DNA of 64,000 nucleotides, from assembly GCF_006345805.1 (NCBI RefSeq), contig NC_042997.1:148924001-148988000 (forward strand), given 5' to 3'. Under the pieces are notes generated by a model, which saw only the letters and a program-made list of their open reading frames with translations, was not told where the DNA came from and ran no database searches. The first letter of the stretch is position 1, and every line of letters begins with the position of its first letter. This DNA comes from Octopus sinensis. Its lineage: Eukaryota. This document shows, piece after piece, positions 50,609 to 64,000 of this stretch. Both the position numbers and the translations under genes were made by a program.

Positions 50609-53600
50609 TTACATAGACAGAGTTAGAAAGTGAAGGCGGGTGAGAAAGAGAGAGAAAGTGATAGGTAGAGAGAGAAAAATGTGCATGGATGGCTGGATAT
50701 CAGTTTTGGGATACTGTGAAGGTAGGTATAAACATCAAAACGTTTTCCTTTGAATGTTTGTACGCGGCAAGATAAATGCAAACAGTTTTCAATTAACTAC
50801 GTCTGAGCGCGAACATAGAAGGTCATAGTGATTCAGAAATTATGTAAGCAGTGACGAAATAATTAATAGAGAAATGTAACATTAATGATAGCTGTTATGT
50901 CTACGCATCCATTACACATTGATATTTGGTATTTGTTCGATCAAATGGTGATTTGTTTTAATCGTTAATTTGTTAGTGTTTGATACAAAGTTAATAAGTG
51001 AAAACATTCCACCATTGTGGAGTATATAGAACCAGTAATTTACCCAAACATGCATCGATGAAAGTGAACAAATATATATCAAGCTCATCGATATAGTACA
51101 TATTTATATACGATTGAGAGCCGTGAAAGTCGTGCAGAAGCTTATTAATGATGTAAAGGTGTGGTATGGTAGCGTAAATTTAAAAACAGCGTTGTCATTA
51201 AGTGACACAGGACATAATTTAATACATTTGCTCAATATTTGAATATATAATTGCTATTATTAATATTATATCTCCCAAACTGTGAATTAAATGTATATCC
51301 AATATGCCCTACATGTCTCAATACATTTCTTCTTTTCATATTGTTCATTACATAATCGAGTGTAATTTTCGTAAATTTTGTTATCGCCAGTCAATACTAT
51401 GTTCAATAGAAATGTGCTGCATAATTGATATACAACTAAATTGAATAAAACCAATTTCCTCATAACAATGAAATAATCATTCTGCTTTTGTCATTATTGA
51501 ATAATTTTTAATACCGCCTGGCATCGGTTTATCTGAGATACCACTCTGAACTTTCAAGCAGTGAATAAATTATTGAACTGGAAAATAACCTGTGGCATGA
51601 TGCAAACAATACTTCCATATAAGACCAACATCCAAAATATAATATATTATAAATATCTTGTAATTAAACAAAAAAAGTAAACACGATATTTCATACGTAA
51701 AAAGGATATGATATAAATGGATTTATGATTTTCGAAAGCGCATTACCAGAATAATTAACGTGGGAGATTTTCAACAAGTAATTGTCATTGGCTCTTGAAT
51801 AAACTGATAAGAGTTTGCTGATAACTGTCGTCTAATTATGTGATTTATTTCTTCTGGAAGGTTGACATCACTATTTATTATATTTAAAATTTAATTGGAT
51901 TTATTTAAATGCACATAAATACTTCCTATTTCTCTAGGATGATAAATCTAAATCTGTTTCATAAAATTTGTTGTATTTCTAGCTGTCTGGTAAGAGTTAT
52001 ATAGCGCTAACCTGGAACTGTAAGCGTATCATAACATCGGATCGATTGCTCTCTTTCGCAGCATACCGCAGATATTACCAAAGAAAAGAAAAGGTGAAAT
52101 TCCGCAGAAATGGAGATAATACGAATTATACTATTTACGTTCCTTGTTTTGCCTCTTTTCTGTTGGAGTCGCCCTTTCACCATGGTCTTCTAGAGCCATA
52201 TAGCATATAAGAAATTTAGGATATAAGAAACTTAACAGATGTAAAGAAAATCGCACTAAATTGTTTTAGTAATTTATTTCACACTAACCTATCCACAATT
52301 AAATCATAATGATATCGTATTCAATGACGTTCTTCCGAATCAAGAAAATATATATTCATTAGTAGCATGTAATCCACATATAACTCACACAAAGGCCTTG
52401 CGATTTACCACTATATAGGATTCCATATTATGCGTATATAAATAAAATGAAATTTGAATGTATATTACAAGTCTACACGGAGGCAATAAGAAGGCCTTCA
52501 CTATCTAAGCGCGACTCGAACATGCCTTTGTTACTTTTTGCTAAACATCTCTCTCGTTTATAGTTTAGAAGACAAAATGGAAGCTTTTTTCCATAACATA
52601 AAGCCTGATAATTGGAATCCAGGGAAGAAATACAGTTCATTCCAACACGATCTGAATCATAAATTTAATGACCTTGATGTCACAAGAAGCATTTGCTATA
52701 AATACTCACTTATCACCAGAGTTGGGCTTCCCTATCTTTAAATAATTCTCCTGCCAAAGGAAAGACGTTAAGTTATATAAGACTTTTTCAATGATGAAAG
52801 CTATGTCGCCCACCTACAGCTATAGAGATATTTCAAACCTAATTTGAAATATAAAACCGAGTGTTACCACCCACTTCCTGTATGATGTTTCTAATGCTGT
52901 TCATACAGATATCCAAGATGTAACCAACAAAAAATATCAGGCTTACTAACTGAGTATGTCTAATAAAATACGCGAAAATCGTTCCTTTCACCAGATCCAA
53001 TAACTAAAAGTTCGCATAAAAATAATACGCATGATTCAACATACAGAAATGATACATACATACGCTCCGTCAACATCGGACGTGCATGTGAAGTGGACTG
53101 TTTAAGAAGTCTGTTTTCAGCGCCTTCGTCTAGAAATATACAGACTTCTGCCAAAATTGGTAAACGGCTTATTTCTCCAAATAAGTAATTTTATTCACCA
53201 ACGTAGCGTTATCGTGAACAGATTTCAAAATATACATCTACACCACGTGAAATTTCGCTAACACTGTTATGGCTGAAACTAACACCACCACAGATGAAAT
53301 TAACAACGTCACCACCATTGAAAACTACTTCACCAGTAATCTATTGAAGAAGACTAAGTACTCTTCTCATTTTACCATACGTACTTAAAGCAAAATATAC
53401 AAATCTGCACATATACATACATACATGCATACATACACACATACAAAAATACCCTGTTGTTGATGTCGAAAATCCAATGGAGAACCTTTGGATCAAGGTT
53501 AGAAACTGACCCTTTTCCTATTGGCAAGAAGTCTTGAAATAAAACTGAACAATGACATACATACATACATTCTTGCATACATATAAATTGACTCGGCAGC

Positions 53601-53899
53601 GATTTTAGATTTAAACATTTCGATCAACTTTCGATCGACCTCGACAGCGAAAGAATAAACTAGCAAATCATTATCATTTGTTGCCTTACATAAGATGCTA
53701 CTGTATATTTTCAAGAAAATTGAGCTGGTATTTTTTGTATGTCGTTTTGCTTTTGACAGTGACATACCCTCAACCGAATCTCTTATGATGCACTACCACC
53801 CGTATTGGAGCATTGCTTGGAGTATATCAAGAAATGCCTTGCTGTCCCATACTTTTTATAATTGACCTAAAACAAGAATATCTAATAGTCATTATTTGT

Positions 53900-54110
53900 G
53901 TAAACATTTTGGCACAATGCCAGCAATTTTCGGAGTGGAGCAATGTCGATTACATCGACCCAATGCTAAGTTGGTACTAATTTTATCGGTTTTGAAAGGA
54001 TAAAAGGCAAAGTCAATCCAGACGGAGTTTTAGCTCAGACATTACATACGGACGAAATGCTGATGAGCATTTTTCCCGGCCCCCTAAAGGTTCTTCCAGC
54101 TCTCCGCCTT
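53900..54110 (-). mobile_element. SINE family A variant
   Basis: gtcgattacatcgaccc..ggtactaattttatcg..gaaaggataaaaggcaaagtc..acggacgaaatgc..ccagctctccgcctt. Confidence 0.85.
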
Positions 54111-54510
54111 ATCATTACTATGTAAAAAAAATACACATGCTTGAGATTTACTTTCTGTTGTAGGCTGTACAATCAGGATTAAGATAAAGTTAAATATCAC
54201 CTACAGGCTTTCAAATACGTGACAAAAATATCATGATGATATTTCTGCTGCAACAAATATCATAAAAGCCGAAAGACAGTTTCATTGAAATAGCTTAAGA
54301 CATCATTTTACACGCATGTCATTGAGTTTTTCCACTCCTTTCGGAAATTAATTTTACTCACCTCAATAAGCCACTGGCAAATAACCGAAACCTCTTAATA
54401 TTCAACGTGTAACTTTAAGTGGTTCTCACTGGAAAATTACTTATACTACCAGTCTGTGACTGCATGTAAATTACGTGTAACTGACTTTCTTGCTCTGGCG
54501 AATTTATAAT

Positions 54511-54707
54511 GCTTTCTATTATAGGCATGAGGCCTGAAACTTTCTGGGTAGGCGAGCAGCCATTTACCTCAACTTCAGTACTCGACTGGTAATTATTCCA
54601 TCAATCCAGAAAAACCACTGCGCAATTTCAACTCAGATCATAAAGTCAGGTGATATGCCGCTAAGAATTTTGCAAGGTGTGTTAACGATTCTGCCAGCTA
54701 GCCGCCT
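54511..54707 (-). mobile_element. SINE family A
   Basis: ctttctattataggcatgaggcctgaaa...gactggta...atgccgctaag..ttaacgattctgccagctagccgcc. Confidence 0.85.
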
Positions 54708-57700
54708 TTTCTGCTAAATTCATAATAAATACAATAATAATATAAATGACCCAGCATAATTACCGATGCTGGATGTTGCTGGCTTACACGCCACTAATTT
54801 CATCTGATATCCGCAGTAAGGTAAATTATTTCATGTAAACTATTTCCTAAAATACTGTCTCTGTTGTACTGGCACAACGACTGAAGTGTCGTAAACAACT
54901 GCACTGCTTTAGTTTCGGCACTGCTTTAGCTTAAATAACATCAATATCTTTTACTTTCTTTCTTTCAAGTTTGATGAAAATAAAGTAACCACCAAACACT
55001 TTGGTTGATATAGAACGTAGTTCTCTCACACAAAATTTGAAATATTATATGTGCAATAAATAAAAGTGAATATTTTTTGAAAATCGTTGGATTATTGCAG
55101 AATTGTTCCGTTGCAACATCTTCATCTATTTTAAACAGTACTATCCGTCAAAATTTACAATATTATGCTTGGGATATTAAAAAATAAGCATATACCGAAA
55201 TGAACATTTTCTCATTAATTTATATAACCAGGACGTACTAGTGGTCTGCAGTATCCAGCAAAAGTGGAGATTATAATTTTCAGTGAAAGGTATTACAATA
55301 TTCTACGGAATATAATACCTTTGTCTGTACACGTATCTACCTACCTACCTACCTACATACATACATACATACATACCTATCTACATACCTACATACATAC
55401 ATATGTAGCTTTATATATTTCCCTTTCAAATATATGAATATTATGTTTAAATTTTGAAGATTATCAAACTCTATAGGATAATATTTTTCCTACAATGACA
55501 TATTGTTTTACATATGGTACGGATTCTAATAATTGTAAACAGAATTTCTATAATCTAACACATACAAAATTTTCTTCATAATGTTTTGATACTTTCCAAA
55601 TAGACAATTTTTTTTCTGGTGGTTTGAGACACTGTTGGAAATATTCAACTAATTATATGCAGTGAAATAATGATATGCGAGGTGGGCATTTATGCTTGTA
55701 TTATTTACTTAAAAAATATTTTACATTGAATAACATTGTGGAAATAATATTTGAATAAAAAGAAAATTATACTTCGCTTTATACACATTTTAGGCATTTA
55801 ATGGTTCCGTTTATCTTTTAGTGGATAGGAACAGGTGAGAATAGAATTATATTGCACTAATATGTTTAGAATAACTTTTATGTTATCCAGTTACGAATTA
55901 TAATTCCTAATAATTATACATAAACGGATTTGGTTGGTAGAACACTAATGTAAACTTTATATGAAAGCTTTGAACGTAGAATTATTATTAAATCATGAAA
56001 AATATTTTCTCCTATATTATTGCTACTAAACCATTTCTAGCTGGTAAATATGTTCATTTAGTCAAAATTCGTTTCATCGGCGCGATTGTATATAGCTATC
56101 TCTTTGAAATATATCATAAAACGCTTCCATTTTCCTGTAACATATTTTTATTTAAAATTTATTTATGATCGAGAGGGGATATACAAAAATATAGTGCGCC
56201 AAATGAAGTACTTTGCGGTTGTTTATACACACGTACATGTCAGAGTAAATTACATGTGATATGTATTTACGTCATCTAATAATATCTAGACTGGCTGAAA
56301 TTCTATTCCATCAATTTGCATCTTCGATAAACTACGTATCTATTAAATATCAGGAATCGATTTAATTGAATTCATTCCAAATTTGGAGCCATTGCTAATA
56401 CACCATAATTCAGTGGTAAAAATGCTGCAATACATTTTTCTCTCGTCTATAACCATACATTTTCTTAAACACAGTATAACGAAATATGAATATGTATTTG
56501 AATTATATATAACTTTACGCATTTATATTCATGATGCACTATGGAAAAGAATTACAGCCAAAATTTGATATCTTGTGATAGTACATATACATAAGACTGC
56601 GTATTGACCAACTGCAACTAGAATTTGTTTCTAAAAATATGCTGTGTATCCTACGGCAAAGCGTAAGCATCTAGAAATGCGAGATATTCAAACAGAATTC
56701 AAATCCCGGTTTAAGACAAGTTATTTGTATACGCCAATAATGCACATCAGAAATGCTTTGAAACCCGGTGGTTATACATTTATGCTCCAGGTTATATGTA
56801 ATTTCCTATCAGCACAAAGAAATCAATCACTTCCATAGAAGCTGCTGACGAATAGAAGAATACCACTGCATAAACTGTCCTACTTGCCGATTTTGATTTT
56901 GTGATTAATACAAGTCATTTGTTTACAGGACCTTAGGTAACATTTACCTATACACACTTTTTCTATAAAGATATTTACACTATTGAAATGATTTAAATTA
57001 AGTTAATAACGGCGTGAATATAATTACCTTCTTATCTTGATAAGCAAAGCAAATAGAAACGTGAGTTAAACAAATATTAAAGCCTTCAATTCTCCACTAA
57101 AAAAATCTAAACCCACTTACTGATTTTGTACAACATCAATTCACCTGCTATAAATAATAGTAAATTTGCATCCGAATCACATCCAATCAATGAATAAAAG
57201 GAGCAAAAGGTGATGTTGTTTCTTCAAAAACATCGAGCGTGAAGATATCATGACTGGGATATTTGTGATCGTCGCCTCAATCAATTTTCACTTGAGGCTA
57301 GACGTTAACAACAAGAAATAACAACATTGGAAGTCGCCAAAGAAGAATTTTAATAAGCGATCATGCCGCTAGTTATGATAACAAAATGCCATAAAAGTAT
57401 GACGCACTGAACATGAATACTCCTAATTTACAAAGCGTTCGTTTGATCATTGTTGAAAGGTTTACCATCCCATGTCTACGCGATCAGAGCTGATCCTAAG
57501 CTATAACTTCATAACAGTGCACAATATCATTCGTTTCTCTTTATTTTCCGAGCTCAAATATCACAGGAATGTATATCTGAAATATATCTGTCTGTTATCA
57601 TTTACACTACTACACGGAAGTCAATTTTTAATCATCTGTTTCAGTCACCTCCAAATAATTCTGATGAGGTATTCAGATTTAAAATGTCTCGTTTTGGCAA

Positions 57701-58244
57701 TAATTCCTGTATTATATATGAGAAATACTATCTTTGTAACGTATAGGCTACCACAAAGTAATGGAATTATCATGGATCACTTACAATACCGTCTCAAATA
57801 AAAGCTGATACATAGTTACAATGCCACTTAACTTTTAGAAACTTGTTACTAGACAGCTTAATCTTTTCAAAGATTAACTAGCAAGAAACTCTAAGTCACA
57901 ATTTTGTGGTGGACACATAACTATTTCATCTAAAGATTTTCACATTGATGTATACGAAGTGGAACGTCGCGCAACTGGCAATATAATAGATATAAACAAT
58001 TATCTAGATATAGATATATATTTATGAGTGTCTGTGTGTCTGTATGGATGTGCGTAAGGGGTTACGTATGGCGCATTAGGATATGCCGTACGAACTTTAA
58101 TAAAATATTTGGGTAATGAACGAAAATTCACAAATTTCTCAGTCTGCTTCACAATCTGTGTTTGTGGGAATCTTCTCCTCACCCTCGTTTCCTTTCGATA
58201 CTTACGCACACATGTCCATATATTTCGCGCACACAGAACCCACA

Positions 58245-58246
58245 AA

Positions 58247-58302
<56 letters not shown>

Positions 58303-58390
58303 TATACGTATAAATACATACATGTATATATGTATACATACACACATATATATATATATATATTATATATATATATATATTATATATATA

Positions 58391-58430
<40 letters not shown>

Positions 58431-58434
58431 ACAT

Positions 58435-58491
<57 letters not shown>

Positions 58492-58517
58492 CATATACAC
58501 ATATTTATATATATATG

Positions 58518-58575
<58 letters not shown>

Positions 58576-58579
58576 ACAT

Positions 58580-58612
<33 letters not shown>

Positions 58613-58670
58613 CACATACATACATACATACATACATACATACATACATACATACATACATACATAGAAT
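58245..58670. repeat. (TA)n/(CA)n/(TACA)n compound array with internal duplication
   Basis: Direct reading; source of the 186-187 aa YIYI ORFs. Confidence 0.95.
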
Positions 58671-59354
58671 GATCTTGTGTGAGAGCGCTGAGTGTCAGAG
58701 CCCTGCCTCTCAAACGCTCTAGTCTATATAACTACCCTTTTAATGTCGCGTATCATCACAAGACACTTTATGGCCGTAACGGTAAATGCCCTGAATGGAG
58801 TATATAGACAACACATGCCTTCCCTTATCTGTAGCGATGGGTACATTTTACCCCCTGGCCCCTATACTTGTCAAGCCCCTGGGAAATTTGAAATGATTTA
58901 ACCAGCATCAAATTGAGTATATTTGACGGAAACCCTCCTTACTGATCTAGAGCGGGTAACTCAAAGTCAATCATGAGAGACTGGCCATGCTCCACCAACT
59001 CCACCAAAACGCAGTGTCCATTAATCGGAAGAACGAAACTATTATTGCAAGCGATTGTCAGGATATGTCACTCTAGAAATAACAGGCCTTCCACATAAGG
59101 CAGGGTAGCATAATCCCATTTTCCAGTATAGAGTAATGCCTACTGGTATTAATCACGCGAGATCACTTGTAAACTAATACTCCCAAAACTTCACATAAAG
59201 CTGCAATCGCAAAAAAGTTCACATTTCATAGAATACTGATGACGGGACGACTGATACGCACTAAGCTGTTGCTTATCGTATCAAGTGTGGTACTCAATAT
59301 AAGGATGCCAATTCGTTTAATATACGTGCCGCATCATATCGACATTGGCCCAAT

Positions 59355-59655
59355 AAAATGGGTGAAGACCCCCTTCGGTCATGAATGACGATGGGCTTGC
59401 ATCTAGAAAGTCCGGGAAATGTTGTTTAAAGAAGACTAGTAGTCGCCCATGCATATCGGCCACCCACCCCTCTCCACACCACCGATGTTATGCGAGCAAA
59501 GACCGATACAGCTTCGCACCAATGACGTCGAAACTCATTTCTACAGCTGAGTGAACTGGAGCAACGTGAAATAAATTGCCTTGCTCAAGAACACAACGAA
59601 CATCCTGGTGCAGGAATGAAAATCACTATCTCATAATTGCGTGCCCGACGCTCCC
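59355..59655 (-). mobile_element. SINE family C (CORE-type), diverged
   Basis: gggtgaagacccccttcggtcatgaatgac...tttctacagctgagtgaactggagcaacgtgaaataaa..ttgctcaagaacacaac..gcccgacgctc. Confidence 0.75.
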
Positions 59656-60009
59656 CAATGTCCTGAAGATGTAGGTGAACTTAAATGTAAACAAAATTTC
59701 ACAGCTTTACTAACATGTGACCTGGGTTGATCGATAGAGACTTATATACGTAGGAGCCATTTTGAATTTCTTTTAAATTTGTCACACTGTGTCCGAATAC
59801 ATGAAAAGGGTGTGGCATACGCCCGCGAAACTATACATCGCTTGGAAATGAGTCAAACTGTTATATAATTCAAGAGGTTCCAGGGTTAATTTGTTTCGTT
59901 TGTCTACTCTTTACTGCGTCGTATGTTTCTATATATGTGAATACATGCATACACTCACACACACATACACACTTACACGCGCATACACACATTAGTGTGA
60001 ATGTATATA

Positions 60010-60137
<128 letters not shown>

Positions 60138-61789
60138 TTGAGAGAGGGACAGAGGCTGATTTTCAGACTAGACATATACATACTGATGAATTATAGCTTT
60201 GATCAAAGGCATTCTAACTATTGCCAGTCCATATTTACACAGATATTTTAGCCTCTAATTTCATCATCTTCCTCATTTCCTGTTTCATGGCGACACTTTC
60301 ATTTGATGGAGAATAGGAGAATATATTCTAATTGCCGGGTATTTCCGTCAGAACTGACTCCGTTAGCAGGTAAATGTAAAACTAGCTGACTAAAGGTCAT
60401 GTTAATTGAATTTGCCCTACATATACGTGTAAATATATTAGCGAATGAAGTGTAAAGAGATAGAGAGAGAAGGTAATCAACTGCCCTGCTATACGATTAA
60501 CAATTTGCTTGTGGTTATTCAATATTATATATTGTGTAGAACGTATATAGAAGGGGAAACCAAAATGCAAGTTAGCATGTATTATTGAATGGATATCTTA
60601 CTGAGTATGATTCCTTAAATTCCAAATGTTCTGTGATTTCATGATGAAAACATATATTCAAAAAACTTCTTACTATGAATACAGTTAAATAATGACAGAT
60701 GGATAAAATTATCGGTTTTTCCATAATTTTGCGATGTACTGTAGCCTGATAATAGCATTTTGCCTATATCAGTACTTAAAACAACTAATCTCTTTTTGTT
60801 TTTGATACTTATTTTTGTTAAACAGTATTGCAGCATACCCAGTGTCATATTATGCGCAATTTATGTAGCGTTAAGTAATCTGTAATCATGAAATTTAAAT
60901 GACTTGCAGAAGAGCAGACTGGATCCTGGCAACGGAGGAAAACACAATCACTTTTCACAGATCAAATCCATAAAATCATTTTCAAATAATTTAAACGACC
61001 TATGGTGATGAACTGGAGATATTTGATAATTGATTTTTAATTTTAGACTATAATGGGGTCTCAAATAATGGAACATGAAACAGCAATCATGACCAATGGT
61101 TTTAACAATTCAGGAATGGGGAAGCACTTAGAACCAAAACACGAATTTATTATTAAATCTATTATTAAATGATAAAAAAAATTATTCATAAATATATTAT
61201 AAAATGATGAAAAAATTATTCAAAGAATAATCGTATCGATTCGTATAACATTCTGTTACTTTCAAACAGAGGTGTATTTGGCGCTTTTGAACGGATGGGG
61301 TTTTAGTCTCTGGAGAAGACAATAAAAACTTTCGCGCATGTGTGTATATATATATGCATATAATAAATAAATAAATAAGAAATATATGTAGATGTATGTA
61401 TGGGTGTATGTATATGTATATATGTAGATGTAGACATGTATGTATGTATATTTGCATACATCTTATTGCTGGCCAACTCTGAATCTGAGATATCTCTATA
61501 GGAATATTACTAGTATTATGTAATATAAACTTAGAAAATTTGCTTTGCTTTCGGGATATGTTTGATCATATGACGTTTAGATGAATAATGCATTATTTCT
61601 GAATTCTATAATACATAACCTTTACTATTTGACTTTTCATTGTTTAGTCATCATATATTAACTTTGCGTTTAACGTTGTTTCCAGTAATCGTATTGGAAA
61701 GATGATAGTAATATTTTTATTCATGAATAATATAACCTAAAACAAGAATGCATGAATATACTTACAGATGAACGTGGTATATAACTATA

Positions 61790-61800
61790 TGTGTTCATAT

Positions 61801-61871
<71 letters not shown>

Positions 61872-61913
61872 GTGCGTATAATATACATGCCATGGATATA
61901 TATACATATACAT

Positions 61914-61975
<62 letters not shown>
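61790..61975. repeat. (TA)n microsatellite pair
   Basis: Direct reading. Confidence 0.9.
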
Positions 61976-63069
61976 CCTGTATACATATAGAGGCATAGAT
62001 ACACATATTATTTGCGTTAATTTTTGTCCATGTCCTTTTTCGTCACATAGTTCAGGAGTCGATAAATAGTTTCATAAAGTTACAATTTAAAGTTAAGACA
62101 AACTGTAAACAATCTGTTAAGCCTATAAATGCTTCTCTGTATTGACGCGGTGAAACGGTGTAAATACAAGAATATATATACTGATATATTAATGTATGAT
62201 ATAAAACACCGTATTGCTAAATAAATCATAAGTGTGGGAATAAAAAATGGAATATTATTATCGCATTTTTTAGAAACAATCTTACACCACTGAATATAAA
62301 ATCTGCTTGATCTACCGTGGTTAAATGCATGATTGGTACAGATTTGTGGTGAAGTTATATGGAGAGTATTAACTATTTTATTGACTTTTCAGACTAGAGT
62401 TACAACATATTTATTCGAAAATAAAAACACATTACTTGTGTTTGTTTGAGCGGCTGGGTTTTTTTTACGTACATGTATATATACATTTCATTCTATATAC
62501 ATGTGTACAAACATACACACATATATACACACATTTTGACTTACATATGTATATACACTCGCAAACACACACAAACATGCAGACACGCTTATACACGTAC
62601 ACACACGCGCTCATATATATTTGAAAAAGTAAAAGAATGGCTTCAACGGTAGTTCTAATCAGTATAATTCATTAAAAATTTTTTTTTGATTTTATATAAA
62701 TTTTATTTCATAGTTCTTTGTTAAACTGAGTGAAGCTATTTAAAAAAAAAATACTTATATACACGCGTGTGTATAGTTTTACCTGTAGTTATAATAATTT
62801 AATATTAAGTTCCCTAAGTTCTGCAATTCTCGAAGCATTCTTCTAAGACAATTATCGAAAGAAGTTTGCTTCGAAACTTATGTGATCAAGGACTTTACCT
62901 TCCTGCATGAAAACACTGATAAGTACTGAAATAATCTAGAATCAAGCAACGCTTCTTGCGTCAAACTGCGTAGGTGGAATCTCTACTGAAACAAGTGCAC
63001 TGCGTACAATTCAAATAATTGAACTTTTGTAGAATTCTTCTCTTCTCTGTCGCGGAATTACGTTAAATC

Positions 63070-63070
63070 A

Positions 63071-63122
<52 letters not shown>
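63070..63122. repeat. (CT)n microsatellite
   Basis: Direct reading. Confidence 0.9.
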
Positions 63123-63126
<4 letters not shown>

Positions 63127-64000
63127 GATTTGCTACCACAAAGAAGCTAATTCAGAAACAACCCGCCGAGGAACTGGGGAAATATATCTTCAATCTTCTA
63201 AAAATACTTATATTAAGGCTTCTATGTCACCATTATCGTGTTAATTTATTCACAGAGTTATTGTGTATTGTGTATCGTGATACGTGTGTGTATTGTGTAA
63301 TTGGAAACGATCATTCTTTGTATTATTTAGAAAATATTACGATGTTATAATGGTTGCCCTGCAGATGATTATATCCACTACAGTACACGGAATTCTATCT
63401 ACGTATTATAGAAGATTGGGAGAGCTGAGAAGAAGAGAACTCGGGCACATATAATACATGTTTGTAGTTGATTTATTGTGATGAATTTTGTCTGCTATTT
63501 TGCTGCCCTTATTCTTCCACAGTTCTTTCAAAATACCATATGATCGAATATGCTAATATAAAAAAAAAATGATAAAATAAAGAACGTACAGATAATTTAT
63601 TCTATCAAAATGCCAAATACCTACCTATATTTCAATGGTTTGTATCTTCAAAAAGATATTTCCACACTTGATACATTGTCTTCTTTGGCGAATGGCCTGC
63701 TGCACTTGTCATCTGCTTCAATCAAATACCATATCAGAAATATTCTAACGTATATTTCTAACTAGATATATCATTTCAGAAAAATTTGACCTTTGCCATG
63801 ATGTTATTTATTGTTTAAACATTTGATTATATATTTAGTTGACATTGAAAGCAATGTGTTACATTCTGATTTGATTCTTCCAATGATGTTTGATATTTAT
63901 CCAACTAAATTATAAATCAATACATAAAATTTACTCAATGTCATTAATGTAGATTTCTGCTTTCTTTATAAATGACCATCATATTAATTATTTCTATATT

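Noticed and set aside
52538-53360. Coding-looking segment (NIKPDN kinase-like words; MAETNTTTDEINNVTT)
   Set aside because: Frames are interrupted by many stops, there is no HRD aspartate or other kinase motif, and there is no coherent splice structure.
60900-61150. Faint Tc1-like transposase resemblance
   Set aside because: Only one or two loose word matches; not distinguishable from chance.

Overview
AT-rich, microsatellite-dense animal genomic DNA, most likely Octopus. This is inferred from recalled octopus tRNA-derived/CORE-type SINE families, not from a database search. The window is mostly non-coding, and most ORF-track entries are translated microsatellites or antisense shadows of transposon ORFs. 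Recognisable content: (1) four R4/Dong-clade non-LTR retrotransposons on the + strand, three of them embedded in (TAA)n arrays; the copy at 24.6-28.6 kb reconstructs to one ~1230-aa RT-REL ORF broken only by six single-base indels; (2) about 16 SINE copies or fragments, almost all on the - strand; (3) a degenerate Penelope-like element, plus hammerhead-ribozyme-like motifs, including an inverted pair in a ~580-bp palindrome whose two mutated copies complement into a canonical minimal hammerhead; (4) two homologous ORF1/gag-like (CCHC) elements with no adjacent RT; (5) Tc1/mariner, Ty3/gypsy and possible piggyBac remnants; (6) one well-formed 66-nt minus-strand candidate host exon with an ATG. 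No rRNA, true tRNA, CRISPR array or complete host gene is supported. I found no clearly new biological system. The best leads are the possibly intact TAA-targeted Dong element and its co-resident non-coding elements, the ribozyme palindrome, and the ORF1-only retroelement family.
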